This document shows, in pieces, positions 51,301 to 64,000 of a stretch of 64,000 nucleotides of DNA. This DNA comes from Octopus vulgaris (Eukaryota): contig OX597836.1 in the NCBI GenBank assembly GCA_951406725.2, positions 42,408,001 through 42,472,000 on the forward strand, in the 5' to 3' direction. Numbering within the stretch: the stretch's first letter is position 1; each line of letters starts with the position of its first letter. The position numbers and the translations under genes are program-made. Below the pieces are notes generated by a model that made no database searches, was not told the DNA's origin, and worked only from the letters and a program-made list of their open reading frames with translations.

Positions 51301-53308
51301 ATGAAAAGCAAAGTCAACCTCGTTGGAATTTGAATTCAGAATATAAAAACGGACAAAATACTGCTAAAGATTTTACTTAGTATGTTAGCGATTCTACCAG
51401 CTTGCCGCTATAAAAAGGAGAAACACTGGTTTTAAATTTTGGCACAAGGTCAGCAATTTATGGGACGGGGTTAGTCAATTACAATGATGCTAGTGCTAAG
51501 TTGGTACTTATTTTATCAACCCCGAAAGGATGAAAAGCAAAGTTGACCATGACAGAATTTGAACTCACAATATATAACTGGACAAAATACCACTAACAAC
51601 TTTGCCCAACTTGTTGGTAATTCTGACAGTTCACCATCTTAAGAAGGAGAAATATTCTTTTCTACTCTAGGGACAAGGCTCGAAACTTTTTGTGGTGGTG
51701 GTGGGGGGCAGTCGATTAGATCAACCCCCAGTATGCAATTGGTACGTAATTTATCGATCCCAAAAGAATGAAATGCAAAGTTAATCTCGGCGGAATTTGA
51801 ACTCAGAACGTTTAGACAGAAGAAATGCCGCTAAGCATTTCACCTGGCACGCTAATGCTTCTGCCAGCTTGTCACCTTAAGAAATATTAATAAAGAAAAC
51901 GACCAAATATTTATATTTGTAGTTTCAGATTTTACTTAAAACTTAAAAATCTGTACTTACTGTGTTTGCCAAAGTTTCGGGATAATAAATTTGCTACATT
52001 AGAGTACGATATCACAGATATCTTTGGATTTACAGTAACAATTTTCAATCTTTCACTAAGTGCAGCATTATAAAATTTGATTGCTTTATTATATTGAAAA
52101 CCATCTGTTAAAAGACAAAATGAAATAATATAAACGTAATATTTCCCTTTGGCCAGAGATGCTTTCACAGAAGACTGTAAATGAACAACACTGCATGGAT
52201 GACAGTGACATTCGTTTACAACTATCATGCAAAGTCAAGGTAGGGAGATAGCAACACACTCATAAACACAAACGCACACACACACGCACACACACACACA
52301 AATATATGGCTTTTATCAGTTTCTGTCAACCACATCCACTCACACAAATTGATTTGGTTGGCTCAGGGCCATAGTGGACACCATCTACCCAAGGTGCCAA
52401 AATTTGGGAAACAAAATTCTTCACCATACAGCCACACCTGTGCTTAAATGGAAAGTAACAAAATATTTAGGGGAAAAAAGGGGGCTGGTGGTACCATACT
52501 TACTCCTTTCGTAATTAACACCCATTGTATTCAGCATTTTAGATAAAACAGGAGTAGTCAAGCCTGACGTTTTCTTTAAGTTTTCAGTCAATATTTTCTC
52601 ACATTTATCATAATAACCTGCAAAGAAGAAGGAGAAGAAGAAGAAGAAGAAGAAGAAGAAGAAGAAGAAGAAGAAGAAGAAGAAGAAGAAGAAGAAGAAG
52701 AATAATCATTGTATGAGTATATAAACACACTTACCTTTGGTACACCTGGACAGGTGAAAGACAAACATGTTCATCTAAGTGGGGTGATGAAAAGTTACTG
52801 GTTTTAAGGATATCGAGAAAGGCCTGGCTGGGGGTAAAACATTCTGAGTTCTTTTACAGGGCTTAGAAAAACTGAAGGACGACTGCAGGAGGTGTGCAAA
52901 TCAACAAAGAAGCCTCTATGTGGTTACTCAACTTGCTAGAAATAGATAACAATCAAAACTTCCCCTGCAAATCACTGCCTTATTAATAAAAGGGCACATT
53001 AGACAATGTACCCCTTGTTTCCCTACACATAAGAAAAAGGTTAGACTTTTTACAGCTGGTAGACGTTTGATCATAGATCTGCTCAACCAAGGGCTGGCCA
53101 AATAAAAACACCACCACCACCACCACCACCATCACCACCATGAGAGACATAATACAGTTATTACCAACAAATGAGAGGCTGTAGGCCAGGGCAGAGGCAC
53201 ATTTGATCTTCGCATCCTGCACCATCTGTGGGCTCGCATCATTAACGGTCATGTTGTAACCCATTTCTGCAAAACTGAGAAACAAATCAAGCAGTTATCA
53301 TCACCATC

Positions 53309-53361
<53 letters not shown>

Positions 53362-53386
53362 TATCATCATTCATACCACCACCACC

Positions 53387-53435
<49 letters not shown>

Positions 53436-54058
53436 GTATCACTAACATTATATTCCTCATCAACACATGAATTCATAGGGTCCAAATGTAACCCCTTCTT
53501 TATTATATTCCTGTTAAAAATGCATTAAAAGCTAATGTTTGGACATAAATTAACAGGGAATTTTGAGAGATGAGAAATCATAATTTTGATCAAATGTTTT
53601 TGATAAATTAAAAGGAAATGTTGATAGAATGTTTTCTCAGAGCTTCTTTCTCCAGTTTGTGCTCCGTTCAGTTGAGGGGTTTTATCTTGCAGATCCTTGA
53701 TGATCTCATTGGTGCTTGTGGCATTTAAGAAGAATCTCAGCTGCAAGACCTTGCCAAAGCAGGCTTAGACGCTGGTGGAGCACTCTGGTGTGTCTGTTCT
53801 GACCAAACTGTCCAACCCATGCCAGCATGGGAAAAGGCACATTAATGATGATGGTGATGATGATGATATTTAATTAACATAAATATGTAAGTCATATAGG
53901 ATCTAAAATAATTAACAAGCTGAGTATTACATGTTAATTAGTGCGCATTATACTAATGAACAAAAGTGGGAGTGAGGAAAAGTTAGAGATGAATGAGGAA
54001 GAAAGGAAAATAGGGAAGAAGAGAAAAGAAGGTTGGGAGATAGTATAATAGATATAAG

Positions 54059-54121
<63 letters not shown>

Positions 54122-55387
54122 GAGAGATAGATAGAGAGTGGGAGGGAGAGAGATTCTCATCTGACTTGTACAACATACTTCAAGGCTTCCACATGATTTC
54201 CCCGCATATGGGCATTGTCTGCCATGCTATTGTACAGCAGCACCTGTGGTACTGGATGTTTCTCGATTTCATTACATCCAAAGCCTTCTTGTAGTGCTCC
54301 ATGGCTTCTTTGTATCCTCCATAACCTGTGGAAAACCCAAGAAAATATTCTGTGTTACAATGATGCCCAAAGTAATAGCTACACATACAACAACAACAAC
54401 AGCAACATCTACAAATAATAAAAAAGCAGCAGACAACATCACTGGCAATGGTAGCTTCTACGCAATCACACAATGTTGTCAGAAATAACAGCTAAATTTC
54501 ACTCAAATCACACTGAGTCATCTTAGAAAAAGGAAGATCACACTAGATGATGTAGTCGTAGATATACACAGCAAATGGTATGATCAGATAGAACACCTTC
54601 GATCAGAGGTCATTCTATCAAAACTAACCAGGAGGTCAGCAACAATAACAGCAGCAGCAACAATAACAACAACAACAACAACAGACGAATAAGTATTAAA
54701 GGGATGGAGGCTCCTACGTAGTAGTTTGATCAGCTGGAAACACCAGCCAAATCTCTCTCAAATCTTACACTCGCCGTATTAAGCCACGTGAAAATATACA
54801 ATAGACTTTATCTTCATAAAGTTATCTCTATACATTCTCTATAGAAAGTAGAGCCAGCATTGAAAGATGCACTGTTTCCTTAGCGAATACATCTTTGTAA
54901 ACAATGTGATCAACGGTAGAAAAATAAGTAATGGGTGTATATGCATTGAACAACAACACAGTATCAACTGATAAGCCTTTAATATACTCGGTTGTGTATT
55001 ATGATTTCATAACGAGATATGGCGTCTCAACCAGTAATTAATAAACTTAAAGACTCACATGTATTACATATTGGTAATGTGGTTCAAGTGTTAATTTGGA
55101 TTCCATTGCCTTTTCAATATAGAATGGTGTGTTCAATTCACACAGCAGACAAATGATGTTTATCATCAATTATTCATTGAAAGGCTCCGACATGGTTGTG
55201 TGGTAAGAACATTCCTGCTCAACCACAGGTTTCTGAGTTCTGCCCCACTGCATTACACTTTGGACAGGTGTCTTTTGCTATAGCCTTAGGCTGGCCAAAG
55301 CCTTATGAGTGGATCTGGTTGAAAGAAACTGAAAGATTCCCATCGTATATGTATACATACTTACACACATACACACATATATGTGTA

Positions 55388-55428
<41 letters not shown>

Positions 55429-56402
55429 AAAGTAAGAAAAATAGACGAAAATGCACATTGTATATTCCATGACATGCTTAGGATGTAGTAACAACTATAT
55501 TCGCCAAACAGGAATATCACTCCGTCGAAGAACCACTACCCACAAAGAACAAATCCGCCACCCTCAATACAGACAGTTACAGGTTAGTGAACACATAGAA
55601 AGGTGTGCTAGGAATCTTAATCCTAATTTCCAAATTTCCCTCTTCTATCAATGTTCACAGAACACCTCAATGCAACAAAGAATGAATAAAGAGGCAACTT
55701 TCATCAATAAATAACTTCCACAACTAAATATGAATACATAACATAAGACAGAACACTACTAACCTTTCAATTAATACCACTAACCTCCATACATCCCTTA
55801 CACCATTCACATTACAATTCTATATCTAACCTAATTGCACCAAATCCAGAATTATTTACCTCCCTTACAAATAATCATTTTTCTCAGGAACTATTAGACC
55901 TGACACCGTCCATTAATCGGTGTGCATTCAAAGCAATGAATAGCAATGATTAGTAACTTATGAAACCGGTATGCTTGAATCTCTTTAATAATTTCACAAT
56001 AATGACTTTTATTACTTTTATTCCTACCTCAGTTCATCCAATTGTATATATCTTTCGTAATACTACACACTGATTGGTCAGAATACAGTTCGCAAAACCT
56101 AGCAATCTGGAGCCTACCCAGCTGTATTTAAGGCACAGATTCAATCATCTCGCTACAGTCAAAAATTGTGAAGCATGACTGACACCACTACTACATGAAC
56201 CTGAAGATTGCAGAATTTAATGCATGAAAGTACTAGTTCAATCAGAATGAACATTTAACATTCTACTATTTCATTTTATTTTATTCTATTATAATATATT
56301 ATCTTATAATATATCATTATAAGATTGTAAATAAAACGTGAAAATCAGACAATGTTGGAATTCCTTTTATTAATATATTCTTCTATACACAATCACACAC
56401 AC

Positions 56403-56453
<51 letters not shown>

Positions 56454-56484
56454 CACACACACACATACATACATACATATATTT

Positions 56485-56543
<59 letters not shown>

Positions 56544-58134
56544 TAAAACTTACTTGGAAATGGATGCGTGGTGTTTGATCATATAATAATATAAATAAAA
56601 TATAAATATACGCATGTATAAATACATATATGTACATACCTACATATATATGCATATATACATGCATATATGTTTACAGGACATCGAAAATCGGGAACAA
56701 AATGAGAAACGAGAACAGAAAAAAGCAAAACCATAGAAAGCGAAGTTCTTTTGAAGAACAAAAGAAATAAATAGAGAAACGAGACAGGCAACATAAAGAA
56801 CATTCCCCTCAACAGTTGTTCCCTGTTTCGAAGGTAGGGACAAGATGTGACTTCATTGAAACAGTCCTTCCCACAAAGCAAATTAAATAAATTTTGAGAT
56901 TTTTTGCGGAGGATTAAAGTTCTAACAAAACCAGGACAGCAAGAACAAAACAGTAAAAACAAATGGTGAGGGCTGCTAAGCCAAGACAATGCGACGTGGG
57001 AAACGCTGAAAAAACGAGCTTTCAGAATAGACAGGCAAATGCATATCTTGTCTTTAGGAAAGAAGTGGAAGAAAGAAAGATAGATAGCCATTGGTCACGT
57101 GTGAGCAACGAGTGTCAAAGAAGAAGAGGGAGAGGGAGGGCGAATGGTGAAGAGTAGGGGAGAAGAATAGGGAACAAGAGGAAGGGAAAAACGAAAGGAA
57201 GAACAATAGAGGGAGAAAGAATAGAGATAGGACGTAGAGTGCACATTGGAATTATTACGATAAAACTTACGACGCATCATAGTCATATCATACCTGGTAA
57301 ATCTGTCAATGATACACCATATGCTATATTCATAAGAGCTTGCTCTTCTTCATTACCAAATAACAGGGAGTTTTGTAGACATGCTTGGAAAAACTGTCTT
57401 GAATCTCTAGGGTGACATAGCATCAGTATATCTGAGGCTTTTAATGTTATCTAAAAGACAAAGACAGTAACATGTGTTAATATTTTGTCTGTAGGGATAA
57501 TGTGGTGAGCTGGCAGAACCATTAGCGCACTAAACAGAATGCTTGGTGGCATTTTGTCTGTCTTCGTGTTCTGAGTTCAAATCAATTTTCCTCTTCCCAG
57601 AAATTGCTGGCCTCGTTCCAAAATATGAAATCAATGTTTTTATGAAAAATATTAATGATTTCAAATCTTTACTGCCCCAGGGAAATAATAATAATAATAA
57701 TAATAATAATAATTCTTTCTACTAAAAGCTTGAAATTTTTGGGAAGGAGCCTAATCGATTACATCGACCCCAGTGTTTCACTGGTACTTAATTTATTGAC
57801 CCTGAAAGGATGAAAAGCAAAGTTGACCTCAGTGGAATTTGAACCCAGAATCTAAAGACGGATGAAATGTCGCAATGCATTTTGTCCAGCATGCTAAAGA
57901 TTCTGCCTGCTTACTCCTTTATAAAATTAATTATAATAATAACTAGCGGGACCCATGAATAGTTCACAGAATTAATAGTAAACCTATTGGGTTATTCCTG
58001 AAAACTTTACCCCAAAAGCCTGAAAGTGTATCCTGTGTCGTGTCAGAGGATAGTCACTCATCTGCTATTCATTGAAAAGTGAAGGAAATTGGAATACGAT
58101 GATTAGTTACTGCACTTTATATATATATATACTT

Positions 58135-58171
<37 letters not shown>

Positions 58172-58503
58172 ATAAAAACGGTAAGATAACAAAAGAAAGA
58201 AAGGGACATCAATATTATGTAAATAGAGGAATTTATCTGTAAATATAATATGTGTCAATTACTCAGTAGCCAGAATAAAACTCTGAGTTTCGGGTGCTGA
58301 AGTGGAAATCCAAACCACCATCTCTTCAGTTATCCGGCCATCGGAAAAATCTCTTCAGTTATCCGGCCATCGGAAAAATCTCTTCAGTTATCTGGCCATT
58401 TTTCAGATGGCCGGATAACTGAAGAGATGGTGGCGTGGATTTCCACCTCGGCATCCGAAACTCTGAGTTTTATTCTGGCTACCGAGTAAATGTCACATAT
58501 TAT

Positions 58504-58547
<44 letters not shown>

Positions 58548-58554
58548 GTGTATG

Positions 58555-58601
<47 letters not shown>

Positions 58602-61600
58602 ATGTATATATACTTTTTATACTTTAGTCACAATTTTTTAGACTCACTGCACAACCGTCATAAAATAAATATTCACATATTTTCCCCATAAACAGAAAAA
58701 ATTACATTTAAAATGTACATGGTCACAATTTCATATCAAAAATTTGATAGTAAAAAAAATATTTTTTTTGTACAATATAGGGATCATAATTTCATAAGAG
58801 TAAAAATTTAATGCAACATAGCATACTCAGAGCCAATAAATAGGGCGCGTAAGATATTTGAGGAAAGATTTATGTTTATAAAAAAATACCAGATATATAA
58901 TAACAGATAATAACTTCATTTATCAAAAAATGCTATGAGGATAAAAATGAAACTTCTTTTCTTTAATGTTATCCAATAAAGCCACCTTCAGCTTCAACAA
59001 ATGCTTCTATATGAGATCTAAATCCCCTACATGCTCGAATTAAGTGGTCCTGGTTCATTTTGGACATTACTCTGACTATGGTAGCTTTCAAAGAACCTTT
59101 GGCGTTATAGGCATGTTCATTGAGCTCTCTCTCAACAACACTCCACACGTAATAATCCAATGGATTGAGATCTGGGGAATTCGGAGGCCAAATGTGATCG
59201 TGAAAATTTTCAACCATCCATTCCTGTGTTTCTAGAGCCATGTGTGATAGTGCAGAGTCTTACTGAAACACATATGGCTTTCCATTACATACACAGTTTA
59301 TCCAGGGTTTAACAATTATTTCCAGGACCTCAATGTAGGTGGCAGAGTTAACTTTAAGGCCTTGTGGAAAAAAGTAAGGAGGCATAACATGTCCTTCATT
59401 GTTGACAAACCCTAAAACCATGACAGTTGAGGTCAGTTGAGTCTCAGATCAACTAACCAAATGAGGTCAGACTCAGATCTGAACAGACAGAAAGTAGGAT
59501 AGACTGAAACTGTCAAAGAGGCTGAGTTTGATGAACTAGAGTGAGTCTGACCTAATATATTCTGAGTGACACTTAGTCCAAGGTAGCTGGAGTGCAGATT
59601 AAGATGTAACAGAAAAAAAACCAAGTAAGATGCAATACAAGACAGAATAAGATGTAACAAAAAAGGATTTGTAAGAAGGGGCAGAAGAGACACTAAGCTG
59701 AGCTTACAGCAGGGTTTCTCAACCGTTTTTTACCTATAGACCCCTTTGATTGCTATTCTACTCTACTGGACCATCCTAGACATTCGATGTTTAAAAAATC
59801 ATTTATTTTTGTAATTAAATATTATTAAGAATTGTATTAAAACATTGTTGAAATATTTTGTGTATTGTCGAAGTATAACCAATTTCTTGCTGATATATTT
59901 TAACAACAGCAAACTCTTATATGGACCCCTATGGGCCATATGGCCTCAATTGAGAACCAATGGTAAAGATGTGGGAAGATATAACACAGGTTAAACTAAA
60001 ATGCGACATATGAAAGACTGACTTACAACACAAGATACAAGACACGTTGTTAAGGACAAAATATCTTACCTCATAATAAACTCCATATGTCCTACCATCT
60101 GAGGGTGCTTCAATCCCTTTCTTCATCAGAAACGAAATATTTTCCCAGTTGTTTCTCATTATTCCGAGTGCTTCATATATGAGGCCTTTATCATAAATAT
60201 CTTGAGCCTTCATCAAACTTTTCCCAATAATGTTTGTATATTTGAGCTTTACCAAATCATTGCTGTGTACATTGTCAATCTGTTGTTTAGTAATTGCCCG
60301 TATTAATTCTTGTACTTGGAAATTCTGTAATTCTAAATCTGAACTGATCAAACCTTGTTCGACAAGTGGCATCAAAACATGCATCTTGGAAGCTGGTTGA
60401 CTAGAAGAACCAGTCATTTCAACAGCTTCCTCAATACCAAATCTTCCAGGAAAATATGAAAGCACTTTGATAGCATCTTGCTGTTCGTGAGAGAGTTGAG
60501 AAAAGTACTTGTCCATTTCTTGCTTAATATTACGTCTGTTAATTGTACATTCGTCCAGCCAGTCATTGAGCTTGGTTTCATCACAAATCATTTTGTAGAT
60601 ATCATTAAAAGAGAAATTATGACGAAACTGGGAGATTTTTTCTGCAAAGTAAATAAGAAGTCCTGGCAGGCCACAGGCATATCTGATGATGTTGTGTATT
60701 TGTTCTTTGTTCTCATCATCCGTCTCAATGTCTGAACAGCGACCGAAAAGAAGCTGGGCATCTTTAATGGACAATGGACTCACTTTACACTTTCCAAACC
60801 TGATTCCATCAAACTGAAATGGTTTTCCACCACTAAATATGAGAATGATTTTTAGATTTGGGTGCAGTGGAAAGTCATTGTCGCAAAGCTCCTGGAAACC
60901 TGGAAGGAAGCTTTCTTGAATGTTCTGGAAATCATCAAAAATACAAATTTTCCATTTCGTATTGGTGATACTAGAACAATTGGTGAATGTATTGTACATG
61001 TTGGAAATATCAGACCAACTGCTATTATTAGAAATATGGATGTGTTTTATGTGGAGTCTTTCGGGGTTGGTTTCATCCTTCAATTCTTGACAGACCTGTC
61101 ATATTAGAAACATAACATTAGAACAAGTTCAAAGATTTCCATAGATTCACTTATTTTATTGGTCTATCACTTTGTCTCTTTCTCTGTCTGACTTTATAAT
61201 TCTCTCTCAATAACTGTCTCTTTGTCTGTTCTTTTATCTATGCATTAGTTCAGGGTATCCTTTATATTCCTTTATATTCATCTTACAGTTTGTCTAAGTA
61301 TCTTTCTGGATAACAGTTTGTCACTTTGCCATTCTATCTCTTTAATTATCTTTCTATTAATTACACAGTTGCTTTATCTCTTTTACTATCCATGTTTTAT
61401 TTCATCTACCTCTCTCTCACTCTCTGTCTATCAATCAATTATTCTTGTGCTTGAGAAGATCTTTCAAATCAAGTGAGATCGTTGTCATGGCTGATGCTGG
61501 TGTTTCGTAACTGGCACGTAAAAAACACCCCTTACACTCTTGCAGTGGTTGGTGTTAGGAGGGGCACCCATCTGTAGAAACCATGTCAAATTAGATTGGA

Positions 61601-62791
61601 ACCTGGTGCAGCTCCCCAGCTTACCAGTTTTCAGTCAAACTGGCAGATCCTCTACAGCCAGATGCCCTCCCTCCGGAAACCAAACTTACTTGTTTCCAAG
61701 GAAATATTTCTCTATAGGAAATTTCCATGTAATATTGGAAGTTAACGACATTCATTTACAAGAAATCTACAATGTCAAGCCGAGGAGATGCAAACATACA
61801 CACGCTCACAGATGCATACGTACAGACACACACACACAAACACACATATACACACCTGCCTGCTTACCTACATACTTACATACCTACCTACCTACCTACC
61901 TACCTACCTACCTACCTACCTACCTACCTACATACATACATACCTACCTACCTACATACCTACCTACCTACATACCTACCTATCTACTTACCTACCTACC
62001 TACCTACCTACCTACATACCTACCTACCTACCTACCTACCTGCCTTTCTACCTACCTGCCTGTCTACCTACCTACCTACATACCTACCTACTTACCTACC
62101 TACCTGCCTGTCTACCTACCTACCTACCTACCTACCTACCTACCTACCTACCTACCTACCTACCTACCTACCTACCTACCTACCTTCCTACCTACCTACC
62201 TACCTACCTTCCTACATACCTACCTACCTACTTACCTACCTACCTACCTACCTACCTACCCACCTACCTACCTACACCTTACCTACTTCTACATAATATA
62301 TAAAGCAGTCAAACCTCTCCCAAATTGCCCATCTTCTTCATAACATAGGACAGGATACATTAAATAATATAATCTTTGCCATAGACAGAATGGTTTACAG
62401 GAGAAATACCTTTGATCATAGGTCAACCATCAACTCACCAAATGGTACAAAGACTTCAGTGACTGCCATTGTATGGGATTGAACCAGAAATGCTTTTCTC
62501 TTTAGTCAGTAACTTAACTGTAAAACCTCAAGGATCCCTAATAACCTACAGAAACGCAAAATGCAATAAGGTTAACGTAAAAAAATGAGAAAACAATAGT
62601 AAATTTCTTACAGTTTTCACAAGACTTGTTTTGCCAACATAAGGCAGTCCATAAACTTGTATTATTTGAGTATCTTCATCCTTGATCAAGATCTTCAGTT
62701 TTTCCCTCTCATCATGTCGTCCAACAAAGTGTCTGCCAGAATTGCCTTGCTGTCTCATGTAATTGGGGGGTAATCGATATGGTGTTGCCAT
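44893..62791 (-). CDS. Copy B: 10-exon NB-ARC (STAND NTPase)-TPR gene; 1-bp deletion in exon 4 gives ~502 aa as assembled
   Basis: Exon-by-exon paralog of copy A with the same splice sites, ~90-92% aa identity in exons 2 and 10 by hand count; [27 protein letters not shown]. Confidence 0.85.
48313..49265 (+). mobile_element. Mariner relic (copy B intron 9, same insertion as in copy A)
   Basis: Same TIRs and position; [16 protein letters not shown]. Confidence 0.85.
49510..49774 (-). CDS. Copy B exon 9
   Basis: 265 nt paralog of 7906-8170. Confidence 0.82.
51069..51180 (-). CDS. Copy B exon 8 (intact)
   Basis: 112 nt; [36 protein letters not shown], a TPR-like helix. Confidence 0.84.
51961..52104 (-). 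CDS. Copy B exon 7
   Basis: 144 nt paralog of 11781-11924. Confidence 0.86.
52504..52617 (-). CDS. Copy B exon 6
   Basis: 114 nt paralog of 12345-12458. Confidence 0.85.
53165..53274 (-). CDS. Copy B exon 5
   Basis: 110 nt paralog of 14045-14154. Confidence 0.82.
54179..54325 (-). CDS. Copy B exon 4, frameshifted
   Basis: 147 nt vs 148 nt in copy A; base missing at 54247/54248; shifted frame ends at TGA 54180-54182. Confidence 0.8.
55426..56340 (+). mobile_element. Penelope-like element 3' relic (GIY-YIG endonuclease plus pLTR)
   Basis: [29 protein letters not shown]...VSEH; downstream minimal hammerhead; absent from copy A. Confidence 0.78.
56196..56240 (+). ncRNA. Minimal type I hammerhead ribozyme motif
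   Basis: TGAAC-CTGAAGA-TTGCA..TGCAT-GAAA-GTAC-TA-GTTCA; first stem II pair is a T-T mismatch. Confidence 0.6.
57294..57450 (-). CDS. Copy B exon 3
   Basis: 157 nt, near-identical to 18682-18838, same splice sites. Confidence 0.85.
58237..58509. repeat. Fold-back element with a hammerhead motif in each arm and 3 x 29-bp central repeats
   Basis: Arms are reverse complements; plus motif 58409-58480 and minus motif 58268-58339, both ATAA-CTGAAGA...GAAACTCWGAGTT-TTAT. Confidence 0.75.
58960..59430 (-). mobile_element. Tc1-like transposase relic (copy B intron 2)
   Basis: [17 protein letters not shown]...AEGG motif. Confidence 0.8.
60070..61095 (-). CDS. Copy B exon 2 (NB-ARC core)
   Basis: 1026 nt open frame, GT-AG bounded, paralog of 20028-21053. 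Confidence 0.92.
61855..62287. repeat. (CCTA)n tetranucleotide tract (copy B intron 1)
   Basis: Direct reading. Confidence 0.95.
62612..62791 (-). CDS. Copy B exon 1 (ATG to Walker A)
   Basis: [11 protein letters not shown]...FVGR...[13 protein letters not shown]; GTAAG donor. Confidence 0.88.
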
Positions 62792-63815
62792 ACTGATAAT
62801 TTAGAAACTTCTTTCGTCTTTCTGAATTTTCAAAAGCTGGAATTCTGGTGAAGATAAACAGAAGAGATAATTGTTGTGTCATGGGATAAAGTGGGACCCT
62901 CAACTATGCATGATGCTTAGAAAAAATAAAATTTTATAAATTTTCTACAAGAACAAAGTCTACATCAAACTTAGGTGATGGGACACTTGCAAATGATGGA
63001 GGGTTCGAAGAAGTCGTAGAGGATTCTGCTGTTGAATTGCTCGTGTCCCAGATAGATTGTTAATTAATCAAGGAACTGACTTTGTTAGATCAAGAGTAAA
63101 ATGAGTAATGGTCGTGCTGGATATCTTGGAAGTTTCCTTTACATCTTTGAAACTGAAACCAAAAAAGATTAGTATGACTGGAAACAAAAGTAAGAGCTTG
63201 TTACGGTTATCTCTTTAGATTTTCGGGAGAAATTGTAACCAGCAGTGGTTTGTTATGGTGTTTTGTATCCGAAGCAAATGAGTGCTGGCTATAATTTCTT
63301 TAGGAAATCTTTAGAGATGTCTTTAACATGTGATTTAATAGCACTGCTAACACAGGAGAAAACAGTATTGACTTATAAAAGTATTTAATATATTTTGCTG
63401 TATATTCATCATCATCATCATCATCGTTTAACATCTGCTTTCTATGCTAAACAGATGGCTGCACCAGGCTCCAATCTGATCTGGCAGAGTTTCTACAACT
63501 TGATGCCCTTCAGCTGGATGTCATCGGCACGAGGGCCAGTCAGGCGGTACTGGCAACGGCCACGCTCAAATGGTACTTTTTATGTGCCAGCTGCACAGGA
63601 GCCAGTCCAGCGGCACTGGCAACGACCTCGCTTGAATGGTACTTTTTATGTGCCACCAGCAAAAGTTCCAGTAAGTTGCTGACATAATTGTTTCTCGTAC
63701 GTATGTATGTATGTGTGTGTGTGTATGTATGTGTGAACGTATGAACATATGTATGTGTACGTGTGCTTGTGTGAGCAAATGCATATTTGTGTCTGTCTGT
63801 GTGTGTGTGTGTGTT

Positions 63816-63858
<43 letters not shown>

Positions 63859-64000
63859 ATGCATGTGTGTATTATCATTGAAAGCGGAGACAGATGCACA
63901 CGTAACTGGAATTCCACAAAGGTTTTTAAAAAATGAGCTGTGAGTCATCAGTATACATGCACAATTGTACAAACGGGGAAAGAGAGAGAAGGAGAAAGAG

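Overview
AT-rich eukaryotic genomic DNA, dense in microsatellites and SINEs. The repeat families look cephalopod (Octopus-like), which is an inference. The backbone is a direct tandem duplication of a 10-exon minus-strand gene: copy A at 4602-22503 and copy B at 44893-62791. Manual splicing (all introns GT-AG) gives a ~858-aa STAND/NB-ARC NTPase followed by a TPR-like helical array, an NLR/APAF-1-like architecture with no N-terminal effector domain visible. Each copy carries one 1-bp deletion in a different exon (A exon 8, B exon 4). Between the copies lie a full-length CsRN1-type Ty3/gypsy LTR retrotransposon, Helitrons, GG-terminated MITEs, LINE relics and a ~99-bp minisatellite. Introns and flanks hold Penelope-like relics, several hammerhead-ribozyme motifs, fold-back palindromes, mariner/Tc1 relics and Helitron Pif1 fragments. 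All coordinates and counts were read by hand.
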